From Candidatus Heimdallarchaeum endolithica (GTDB lineage Archaea; Asgardarchaeota; Heimdallarchaeia; Heimdallarchaeales; Heimdallarchaeaceae): a stretch of 64,000 bases of DNA. This document shows positions 20,201 to 28,124 of this stretch, piece by piece. Each line of letters begins with the position of its first letter. The stretch's first letter is position 1. Position numbers and translations under genes: made by a program. The notes below the pieces were generated by a model that searched no databases, was not told where the DNA came from, and was given only the letters and a program-made list of their open reading frames with translations. The stretch is taken from the NCBI GenBank assembly GCA_021513715.1, contig CP084167.1:1376001-1440000 (forward strand), written 5' to 3'.

Positions 20201-20331
20201 TGAAGTTTCCTATGTTTTATATTGTCTTAGTTGGTTTAATTTTACTTTTGACTGCATTTATAGGTGCTTTGATACCATCTTTAACTGCAACTAACAAAAA
20301 TATTGGAACAGATTTAAGACAATCTAGTTAA
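17257..20331 (+). CDS. FtsX/MacB-like ABC transporter permease (duplicated)
   Basis: Two FtsX-type modules (RERQLTILSERGTT; RSREIATMKAIGVSK) with large extracytoplasmic loops. Confidence 0.9.
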   Translation: MMINPIDETKARKVFLKSLFIITRSFYYRFFQYSKVKQKIEKNKNIKYLFGVLLSIVFIWLIPFLLLLDFLLILFLPSLHIFKPMFKAGWKFNLITTVGVILAVSIISQYVFFIYSYQYQAFELYLEDEPRTFIQAQIDSVHIEPSYTQTYLIDRIADVTIQEMNLTNNILQRDLFFKRGTFTSTYDPIAKQTYLPNLPLVGLTDRLSLFLSNHLTQGRFPENFGEVLVFLSSNFYNHSTIRVNSTINLYIPISLLKQASLSEPQAQTEVTVTGIVISDNLTDFSVIGSDKGIPFDIFLNLYEGNAVLSPWTIAARILSSIQLTYGFASIYENLFYDIGTIDTFNLDGEISKLKELAINLKDSYLQMGGYSGVDINSYLLTAIEEFKDEYNLYQIFMFAFLAPIIILTLILTVYAANLVRKKRERQLTILSERGTTKIEIGSYLALESLIFGIIALFLGIALGIPVSALLTKSSGFLSFGNQTSRLQIKIPSLSQALFGSLLVILIIQTFNVITLLKTRSIEDYGKVEKTLPSFYRYYVDIIFISTGGILWVIYQLPILSGFRDKTTKSIGIPAMIILLFGIVLLIQRLLPIFSKSVLKLTQIPSDKLKKKLRLDIFSLGIKEITRYQSSFVRSSVILSLSFAIVVSAIVVPASYQKFNIDGAYYDLGADIVIENFPIENKFLIEEIENITEIQSTCIVKYAALSDISGDYAITHAILGIDLNKFAETAFFREDFVDHSLKQLLSLLKEDTRVIAQEDEIKTINRGVGDSLIMGYRAYNESRRGSDGSPFYRSNISVEIVGLFKYWPILVKDISTTNTLSILNHFVANISIFNKIELSPLEIKDYLLIKVNQKEDIEEITNKIKTIAGSNVENVNSKIFVREGSARSSILYSAINSTLIMSFTINSLIIALYASVQLIERSREIATMKAIGVSKSQLLLLFLSEYATLLIFSTIMGLLSGLFSSWMLMNIITINRSIPPFIMKFPMFYIVLVGLILLLTAFIGALIPSLTATNKNIGTDLRQSS

Positions 20332-20335
20332 AGGG

Positions 20336-21193
20336 GTGAAAAAATTGTCATTCATTGAAATTCAAGATTTAATCAAAATTTATGAAAGCAAAGAAACATT
20401 CATTCGAGTTCCAGCTCTTAGGGGAATAGAACTAGAAGTAAAAAAAGGGGAGTTTATTTCAATAATTGGTCCTTCAGGAAGTGGAAAAACAACATTACTT
20501 TTAATTTTAGCAGGTATGACAGAACCTTCTGCGGGTTATGTTAGAGTAGATGATATACAAATTGACAAACTAGACGATACTCAAAGAGCATATTATAGAA
20601 GAAATCACGTAGGTACTTTATGGCAACTACCAAGTAGGAATTTAATTTGGGAATTACCTATTATTGAAAATGTTGAACTTCCCATGCGATTACTTGGAGT
20701 ACCAAGAGAACAAAGAAAAAAACTTGCGAAAGAACTACTTAAAGAAGTAGGTCTAGAAACCAGAATGGAACATAAACCTTCCCAACTAAGTGGAGGAGAA
20801 GTTCAACGAGCAGGTTTAGCTACTGCCCTTGCTCATCAACCAAAACTTCTTCTTGCAGATGAACCAACTGGGGAACTAGATTCACATACAGCAGAAGAGC
20901 TTCTCATTTATTTCAGAGATCTTAATAAGAGTTATGGAATTACTGCTATAATGGTCACACATGATTACTTTGTAGCTTCTAAAACAAATAAGATCATTCA
21001 AATTGTTGACGGGAGAATTTCAGGATATAATCCTGCTAGAGAACTTGAATCACTAATCGATATGAACAAAGTATATATCGATAGATATGGTACTATTCAA
21101 CTACCAAAGCATATTGTTGAACAAATAGAAACACAAAAAGAGATCAAAGTATCGATGGAAAATGGTAAAATAATTTTAGAACAAAATAATTAA
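20336..21193 (+). CDS. ABC transporter ATP-binding protein (LolD/MacB-like) with C-terminal AbrB-like extension
   Basis: GPSGSGKTT; LSGGEVQR; LLADEPTGELD; VTHD; C-terminal IDRYGTIQLPK. Confidence 0.93.
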   Translation: MKKLSFIEIQDLIKIYESKETFIRVPALRGIELEVKKGEFISIIGPSGSGKTTLLLILAGMTEPSAGYVRVDDIQIDKLDDTQRAYYRRNHVGTLWQLPSRNLIWELPIIENVELPMRLLGVPREQRKKLAKELLKEVGLETRMEHKPSQLSGGEVQRAGLATALAHQPKLLLADEPTGELDSHTAEELLIYFRDLNKSYGITAIMVTHDYFVASKTNKIIQIVDGRISGYNPARELESLIDMNKVYIDRYGTIQLPKHIVEQIETQKEIKVSMENGKIILEQNN

Positions 21194-21229
21194 ATTAACA
21201 TTAAAAAAAGAAGACACGAGCTGATAAAT

Positions 21230-21499
21230 ATGAAGCTTAAAAAAAGAGCTAAAAAAGAAAAAGATGAAAAAGAAAAACCAGATAGGTTACTTGATCTAGT
21301 TATAATCAAAATGATGTTAGCTCTTACATTAAGTGTCGTATTTTTATTCGGAGGTGGAACAATTTTTATTTATGCATCTTTTAATAGTATTGAAATTGAA
21401 GGATATAGTTTCATCTTTGGCTCAATTTTTGGAGTTCATATGGCGATTTTATTGCTTTATTATTCCATATCACTTTTCAAGTATATAGTTTCTGATTAG
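21230..21499 (+). CDS. Small two-TM membrane protein
   Basis: Basic N-terminus plus two hydrophobic helices. Confidence 0.7.
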   Translation: MKLKKRAKKEKDEKEKPDRLLDLVIIKMMLALTLSVVFLFGGGTIFIYASFNSIEIEGYSFIFGSIFGVHMAILLLYYSISLFKYIVSD

Positions 21500-21511
21500 G
21501 AGAATAAAATA

Positions 21512-22243
21512 ATGTTTGGTAAAAGAAAAAAGAAAAGCAAAAAGGAAAAAAAAGAAACAGATTACATTCATTTAAGTAGAAACGAAAAAATAAGAGACAT
21601 AGTTTTTTTCACTATTAAATTCGATTTAGGAACTATAGCAACAATTATTGTGATAAGTGTTATATTATTCCTATTTCATTACGACCCGTTTTTCTTTTTT
21701 GAAAGATCTATCCTCATTATTGCTGCATTTATTCTTTTAACAGGAGGATGTATTGGAGGATTAGGTCGATATCATCCATCTCCTAAATTGAGAATAATTG
21801 AACCTGAAGATCAAGGTGTGATTCCGCCTTCTTTTAGAATCAAAATTAAATATGATAAAGATTTAATCCAAAAAGAAACAATAACAATTAAAGTAAATGA
21901 AAAAGAAATGCCAAAAAAAGAAGAAAAAGAGGATCTAATTTCTGTTCCTAAAATTTTCAAAACAGAACCAAAAAAAGCAATTCCTCTGGATATTGATGTT
22001 GTAGCTTTAAACAATAAAGGAAAAGAAGTCAAAGATCAAATTAAAGTTATATGTGATCCAAAAGAAGACCCAGAAGATTATGAAGATTACTGGGAATTTA
22101 AGAAAGACAATTATTGGACGAAAGAAACAGAATCTGCCAATAGATCTGCAAAACAGGGACTTCGAGCTTTAAAACTAATTAGTGTTTCTATTACTTTGCT
22201 TCTTATTAACGCTTTAGTTACTGCAATCAGAGGATGGGTATAG
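21512..22243 (+). CDS. Membrane protein with Ig-like soluble domain
   Basis: Two N-terminal TMs, beta-rich middle (PKLRIIEPEDQGV...), one C-terminal TM. Confidence 0.7.
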   Translation: MFGKRKKKSKKEKKETDYIHLSRNEKIRDIVFFTIKFDLGTIATIIVISVILFLFHYDPFFFFERSILIIAAFILLTGGCIGGLGRYHPSPKLRIIEPEDQGVIPPSFRIKIKYDKDLIQKETITIKVNEKEMPKKEEKEDLISVPKIFKTEPKKAIPLDIDVVALNNKGKEVKDQIKVICDPKEDPEDYEDYWEFKKDNYWTKETESANRSAKQGLRALKLISVSITLLLINALVTAIRGWV

Positions 22244-22363
22244 ACTTTTCATTTAATATGAAAAAACTTTATCTCAATTTTTGATATAAACATAGACACA
22301 CGTAATAAGCAACACTTTAAATATATTCTTTGAGGAATATATTTTAAGAATTAATCATATAAA

Positions 22364-24607
22364 ATGTTAAGAGGTCAAAAATTGAACAAAAAAAATTTTT
22401 ACATTGTAATCTGGAACTTATTATCAATTTGTGTTTTGGTTTCTTCTAGTTTATCATACCACAACACAATAGCTAATAATATAAGTCCAATAAACTCTAA
22501 AACGAGTGTTTCACCTGAGGATCTGTTCTTAAGAGATCCAACGAATCCCACTCAAGTGTTAAAAGCTGAACTAAACCAAAAACGAGACCAGTTAGTTAAC
22601 TTTTCTCCAAAAGTTTCCAATGAAAAGGAATTTTCTGACGCATTAGATGATGAAAGAAACTTTTGGACAATTCAAAGTTTTAGTAGCTACCCTTACACCT
22701 ATATTCAGATTACAGCTACATTATTAGCTGTTGGTGAGCATTCTTATGTCTATGTTGCGAATAGCATAATCAATAGCGAAGGTAAATCAGAAGCGCAATC
22801 AAAGGCTGAAACTTATAGAGATGAATTTGATGATGTTATCTATCCATCAGACACATTATATTTTGGTTCTCCAGATGGATATTTAGGAGATATTGACGGT
22901 GACTCAAAAGTAACAATGTTATTACTCTCTTTGGATGGTGGTGTCGCAGGTTATTTTGATCCTATCAACGAGTATGTTGATTCAAATTCTAATCAAAGAG
23001 AAATGATTTATGTTGATTATGGTATATCTGACATTCAATATAGTTTTGCAGTTATTGCACATGAGTTTCAACACTTGATACATTTTAACCATGATCAAGA
23101 TGAGCTATGGTTTATCGATGAAGGTTGTTCTGAATTTGCAACTTATGCTGCAGGTTATTGGGCTGGAAATGATAATCTAACATATTTCGCAGAGGATAAT
23201 TTTGCTAATAATCCTGAAGATTCTTTACTTTATTGGAATTATGATAGTGAAGGGGGTTATGACGTCAGAATCGATTATGGTGGAGCTTATTTGTTTATAT
23301 TTTATCTAGCAGAGAAATATGGGTTCCAAATAATTGAAACTTTAGTTGCTGAAACAGCAAATGGAGCTCAAGGAGTGGAAAATGCTCTTGTTGATGAAGA
23401 GATACCTCTCACATTCAATGATTTATACTTAAATTGGATAACTGCACTGACCATAGATGCTCCTGAAATTGGAGAAGGATTATATGGGTTTGTGAATTTA
23501 GACATTCAAATAAAAGTTGAGACTGAAATTTCAAATGTTCCAACAGAAAGTAATAATGAATTACATAGATATTATGGTATTCATGTAACTAAAATCACAT
23601 CAGGAAGTGACAACATATTTTTTGAGATTTCTGGTTCTGACCAATACGCAATAGGTTTTTCAATTGCAATTTTAGATTCTGAAGGATGGCACATTAATCA
23701 ATCAATAAGTGATGTATCAACTGAATCTAAGATGGAGATAATACAAGGAAAAGACATTTCACGCATTTATGCCATTACAAGCTTATTAGACTCTGATACA
23801 CCTTTTGTCGATAGTGATAATCAATTTGGTTTAGGCCCTTATGAATATTTGAATTTAAACTTATATGTAGGTAATCCATTAACTATAAAGAATGTGCAAT
23901 CAACATATGAAAAAGATACATGGACATACATTATTTCAGGAGCACGTGTTTATGATGTAAATAATACAGAACTCGATGACACTTCTCAAATTGATGTCTT
24001 CTTAGAATTCAAGGGAAGCGAAGGATTTAAAATGATAAAATCGCTAAATTATTCAGATACAGACTATTGGAATGGACAACTTTCATTACAAAGTTTTTCA
24101 GAGGATACTTATTCAGTAAAGCTTTTTGCTAAAAATAGTTCAGCTTTTGGAAAGATTAATCTCGCTGACATTGTTGTTGAACATATTATAACTGTAGAAA
24201 AACCATCTGTTGAAATTTCAGGGGATTACCTAGTCATAACCGTTGGAGCTTCTTACACTCAACTTAATGGGTGGGAAAACTTTACCAAATATGCAGAAGT
24301 AAAAGCCGTTATTTATGACCTTTCAACTAGTACTCCAGCAGATGTGATTGACTTAGTCTATGACTCTGGAATAGACAAATGGACTAGCGGAAGTTATTAT
24401 TATGGAAACCTTACTTATGGCGATTACTATGTTTCTGTAACTTTTAAATATGGTTACCGAACAGTTTCATCAGATAGTTCAGATATTTTTTCAATCGAGA
24501 CAACAAAGGATACAACATCACCTAGTTTTACTCCTTTCCCATTAATATCTACAACTTTGGCAATTGTTACTCTTGTAGCAGTTATAGCCTTTAAAAAACA
24601 GAAATAA
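22364..24607 (+). CDS. Secreted membrane-anchored zinc metallopeptidase (M30-like)
   Basis: Signal peptide; VAGYFDP; AHEFQHLIH...WFIDEGCSE; C-terminal T-rich linker plus TM anchor. Confidence 0.85.
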   Translation: MLRGQKLNKKNFYIVIWNLLSICVLVSSSLSYHNTIANNISPINSKTSVSPEDLFLRDPTNPTQVLKAELNQKRDQLVNFSPKVSNEKEFSDALDDERNFWTIQSFSSYPYTYIQITATLLAVGEHSYVYVANSIINSEGKSEAQSKAETYRDEFDDVIYPSDTLYFGSPDGYLGDIDGDSKVTMLLLSLDGGVAGYFDPINEYVDSNSNQREMIYVDYGISDIQYSFAVIAHEFQHLIHFNHDQDELWFIDEGCSEFATYAAGYWAGNDNLTYFAEDNFANNPEDSLLYWNYDSEGGYDVRIDYGGAYLFIFYLAEKYGFQIIETLVAETANGAQGVENALVDEEIPLTFNDLYLNWITALTIDAPEIGEGLYGFVNLDIQIKVETEISNVPTESNNELHRYYGIHVTKITSGSDNIFFEISGSDQYAIGFSIAILDSEGWHINQSISDVSTESKMEIIQGKDISRIYAITSLLDSDTPFVDSDNQFGLGPYEYLNLNLYVGNPLTIKNVQSTYEKDTWTYIISGARVYDVNNTELDDTSQIDVFLEFKGSEGFKMIKSLNYSDTDYWNGQLSLQSFSEDTYSVKLFAKNSSAFGKINLADIVVEHIITVEKPSVEISGDYLVITVGASYTQLNGWENFTKYAEVKAVIYDLSTSTPADVIDLVYDSGIDKWTSGSYYYGNLTYGDYYVSVTFKYGYRTVSSDSSDIFSIETTKDTTSPSFTPFPLISTTLAIVTLVAVIAFKKQK

Positions 24608-24670
24608 CTTTTTCTTCTTTTTTTAAAGAAATCTAATAATGTTTAAATATACCGAAACTAATTTTTTATT

Positions 24671-25429
24671 ATGAGTCAATCAGAGCTCCAGTTATCAGAT
24701 ATTTTTAGCGTAGATAAAGATGGAAAACCTACAATTAAAATTGTTCTCTTTGGTCCTACTTTAGCTGGAAAAACGAGTATGCTTACTGTTTTTAATGCTT
24801 TAAGGAGAATGGAAGATCCTGATCTTATTGTAAGTTCTCTTACTAAAATTCAAGAATATGGACGAACAGTTTTTTTTGATCATTCTGTCTTTCAAACACC
24901 ACCATTCAAAGGTAAGAAATTTGATCGTCTTCGTTATCATTTATGGACAGTTCCCGGGGAAGAAAGACACAAGGCCCAGAGAGATATAGTTATGAGAGGC
25001 GTAGATGCTGTTTTACTATTCTTAAACTTTGAAAAAACTGCTTGGGATTTAAACGTTAAAACAGTAAAAGAAGCCAAAGCAAAAATCGGAGAGAAATTCG
25101 GTAAAAAGATTCCAGTTGTTGCTTATATTAACAAATCGGACCTTCCTCCAGAACAGCGTACAGATAAGCGTGCCTTTATCACATTTCTACAAGATATTGC
25201 GGCTATTCCAAAAGAGAATGTTGCAAACTATATTATGACTGGTAGTTGTCTTAATGCTCGTAATGATTTATTAACTATCTTAAAATCAGAAAATCGTGAT
25301 GAATACCTTGAAAATGAAAGATTGAAGACTAGTAAACGTCCTGATTCAGTTTGGTTAGTAGTACGTCCTATTCAAAAGCTTACACAACTAGTTGTACAAC
25401 AGAGAATGGAAGTTCTACAAGGCATATAA
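24671..25429 (+). CDS. MglA-like small GTPase (paralog of 9053..9820)
   Basis: KIVLFGPTLAGKTS; GRTVFFD; WTVPGE; NKSD; shares SDIFxVD and SCLNARN segments with the paralog. Confidence 0.85.
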   Translation: MSQSELQLSDIFSVDKDGKPTIKIVLFGPTLAGKTSMLTVFNALRRMEDPDLIVSSLTKIQEYGRTVFFDHSVFQTPPFKGKKFDRLRYHLWTVPGEERHKAQRDIVMRGVDAVLLFLNFEKTAWDLNVKTVKEAKAKIGEKFGKKIPVVAYINKSDLPPEQRTDKRAFITFLQDIAAIPKENVANYIMTGSCLNARNDLLTILKSENRDEYLENERLKTSKRPDSVWLVVRPIQKLTQLVVQQRMEVLQGI

Positions 25430-25542
25430 CCTTTTTTTATCTTTTTTTTCACGATGTTTATATAGTATTTTCTAGATTATTGTTTGAAGTAGATAAAGTG
25501 TCTAATTCGATACTGAAATTTAACTAAAAAGGAGTAGAAAAA

Positions 25543-26589
25543 ATGCCAATAGAACCAATGACAAAGGCAGTTGGACTAGATTTAGGTACATCAACAATTA
25601 AGCTAGTGAGTGGGAATCATTCGTATCGGATTCCTTCTGTAATTGGATCACCAAATCCTGGATGGTCAGGAATGGTGCAAGACAAAAGTTGGTTAAACAA
25701 CTTAATTATCGAGGATGCAAATGGAAATGACGTTTATATCGGAGAACTCGCTAGATTACAAAGTGAAATTCGAAAATCTTTAGCTAGCGAGGGTAAAATG
25801 AAATCTATTGATAATAGTATATTAGCCTTAAAAGCGATTTTAAGTTTAATTATGAAATCAAACTATGAACAATTTGTTGTTGCAACTGGAGTTCCAATAG
25901 CTACAGGAGTTGAAGAAAGTAAAGAACTCATTAGAGGACTTAAAGGAACTCATGAAATCAAGGTAAAAAATGATGCTACTGGTGAAACTAAACAAATGAA
26001 GATACTTGTAGAACAATCATTAGTTATGCCTGAGCCTTATGGAACTTATTATAATATATTAAAAACATTAGGAGTTACTACAGCTGTCGATTCAGTCATT
26101 GTAGACATAGGCCATGGTACTACAGATATTTTGTGTATGTATAATGGGCGTATCATGAGAGCTGCTTCAGGGTCACTAGAGGAAGCTACTGACAGCTTAA
26201 CGAGTGCACTTTCAAGAGCAATTCAAGAAAAAAGTGGAAAAATAATCAGACCCTTTGATCTCATGAAAACGATAGAACAAGGCAAGAGGACCATTCTTGC
26301 TGGAGGAAAAGTGTTAGATATCGGAAGTGCTGTAGATCAGTCAATTGAGACAATATCTGAAGTAATTATTGATGAAACAAACAGATTATTGAATAACCTT
26401 CCTCCTGATGCATGGATAGAAAAAGTAATGGTTACTGGTGGAGGAGCATATATCTTTGGTAAATACTTGAAACAAGCTTTCTTTGAAGCAGATATTGTAA
26501 AATCACCTGAAGGAGTAATTGTTCCTGAAGACGCAGTAATGTCTAACGCTATTGGTTTCGAAATGATTGCTAAAACAAAAATGAAATAA
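25543..26589 (+). CDS. Actin-fold ATPase, ParM/StbA/Ta0583-like
   Basis: Phosphate-1 GLDLGTSTIK; VATGVP; VMPEPYG; phosphate-2 VDIGHGTTD; adenosine TGGGA; connect-2 SNAIGF. Confidence 0.88.
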   Translation: MPIEPMTKAVGLDLGTSTIKLVSGNHSYRIPSVIGSPNPGWSGMVQDKSWLNNLIIEDANGNDVYIGELARLQSEIRKSLASEGKMKSIDNSILALKAILSLIMKSNYEQFVVATGVPIATGVEESKELIRGLKGTHEIKVKNDATGETKQMKILVEQSLVMPEPYGTYYNILKTLGVTTAVDSVIVDIGHGTTDILCMYNGRIMRAASGSLEEATDSLTSALSRAIQEKSGKIIRPFDLMKTIEQGKRTILAGGKVLDIGSAVDQSIETISEVIIDETNRLLNNLPPDAWIEKVMVTGGGAYIFGKYLKQAFFEADIVKSPEGVIVPEDAVMSNAIGFEMIAKTKMK

Positions 26590-26596
26590 AAAATAA

Positions 26597-27355
26597 TTAA
26601 CTATTTTTGCTCTTTCTTTTTTCTTCTAGTTTTAGTGCGTATTCTGGGCTAAAAATAAGATAAATAACCATATAAGCAGCTAAAAAGTAAGCAGGATATA
26701 CCATTATTGAAAAAGGAAAGAAAATAAAGCATAGTATAATAATAGTTGTACTTACAATCCAAAATAGGTCAAACTTACTGGGAACACCCTTAAAGGATGG
26801 AAAAGGTGTTTTTGAGATCATAAAACCAGAAATAACTAATGTAGCTATAATAAATTCCCAAGCAGGGGTTTCATGAAAAACAACAAGACAAGATAAGACT
26901 AAAGCAGCAAATGGGCTAGGAAGTCCTGTAAAGTATAAGGTATAAAGAGGGTCTCTTTTAACAAATCGGTATAATCTATACCAAACTGCTAATAAATAAA
27001 CTAGCCCTGTTATTACTCCTACAGCAATGTGAATTGAAGAAACTTCATAAGCTAGAAATATAGCTGGTAACACGCCAAAAGCTATGGCATCAACAATTGT
27101 ATCAATATCAACTGCGAGTTTCTTACTTCCACCTATTCTTGCTAGTTTTCCATCTGTAAAATCTAAAACTCCACAAATAGCAAGAATCTTGGCAAACCAA
27201 AGAATATAATTATTCACCTGCAAAAATATGAAAACTATCGAGAGAATAGCTAATGAAACATTTCCTAAAGTCATCAAATTTGCAAGGATAATTGCTGTTT
27301 TCTTAATCCAATCTTTCTGAAGAAATTCGATATCACTCCAAGTCATCAAATCCAC
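26597..27355 (-). CDS. pssA: CDP-alcohol phosphatidyltransferase (archaetidylserine/phosphatidylserine synthase)
   Basis: ANLMTLGN; DFTDGKLAR; DTIVDAIAFGVLPA; RLYRF; FTGLPSP; adjacent to psd. Confidence 0.88.
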   Translation of the reverse strand: MDLMTWSDIEFLQKDWIKKTAIILANLMTLGNVSLAILSIVFIFLQVNNYILWFAKILAICGVLDFTDGKLARIGGSKKLAVDIDTIVDAIAFGVLPAIFLAYEVSSIHIAVGVITGLVYLLAVWYRLYRFVKRDPLYTLYFTGLPSPFAALVLSCLVVFHETPAWEFIIATLVISGFMISKTPFPSFKGVPSKFDLFWIVSTTIIILCFIFFPFSIMVYPAYFLAAYMVIYLIFSPEYALKLEEKRKSKNS

Positions 27356-28009
27356 TCATTTATCGTTTAATTGTGCTAGGGCAGTTAATCCTGCACGTAC
27401 ACTTGTTGAAACAGAAATAGTTGTTAAAAAGTTTTTTCCACCTACAATTTTCAAATGTGTAATTGAGCCAAACCTTATCGTCCCAATTTTCTGTCCTTGT
27501 GTTATAACATCTCCAGGTTTAACATATGCAATTGTTCTTCTTGCAAAAATTCCTGAAACTTGAACAACATAAGCAATAACATCTAGTTCTTTGTTAACTA
27601 TCTTTATTGTATTTCTTTGATTCCTTTTTGCATAATTGGGAAAGTAAACCGGCCAATGAGATCCTTTTTGGAATTCCACGCTCTCTACAATCCCACTTAT
27701 TGGAGCTCTATTCATATGAACATCAAAAGGAGACATACGTATTGTGAAGTAAAGTTCATCTTCTTTTTTATCTACTTCCGACAATATTCCATCAGCAGGT
27801 GATAATACTTGCTTTTCATTTAACTTAACTGTTCTTTCAGGATCTCTAAATGACCAAACTAAAAACAAACAAATAACCACAATAGTCAAAGGAATTAAAG
27901 TGAACCAATAATATCCGAAAATAATTAAAAAAAAGAGAACAATTAATGATAGTGAACTTAAAATTAAGCACAAACAAACTATCTTTTCAGAACTTCTGGC
28001 AACTTTCAT
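27356..28009 (-). CDS. psd: Phosphatidylserine/archaetidylserine decarboxylase proenzyme
   Basis: FRDPER; LSPADG; MSPFDVHMNRAP; RFGS autocleavage site. Confidence 0.92.
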   Translation of the reverse strand: MKVARSSEKIVCLCLILSSLSLIVLFFLIIFGYYWFTLIPLTIVVICLFLVWSFRDPERTVKLNEKQVLSPADGILSEVDKKEDELYFTIRMSPFDVHMNRAPISGIVESVEFQKGSHWPVYFPNYAKRNQRNTIKIVNKELDVIAYVVQVSGIFARRTIAYVKPGDVITQGQKIGTIRFGSITHLKIVGGKNFLTTISVSTSVRAGLTALAQLNDK

Positions 28010-28124
28010 TTTAACCGATTTACAAATTTGATAAAGGAATTTAGTTTATCCTTTGAATCCAATCACACTTTTTGAAATAAAAACATTCTGATATATTATT
28101 TTTAAAAAAAAGAAAGAGGTAGAA

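Noticed and set aside
25543-26589. Plasmid ParMRC system or bona fide lokiactin
   Set aside because: No ParR/parC or mobile-element context; lacks eukaryote-like actin motifs such as DNGSG.
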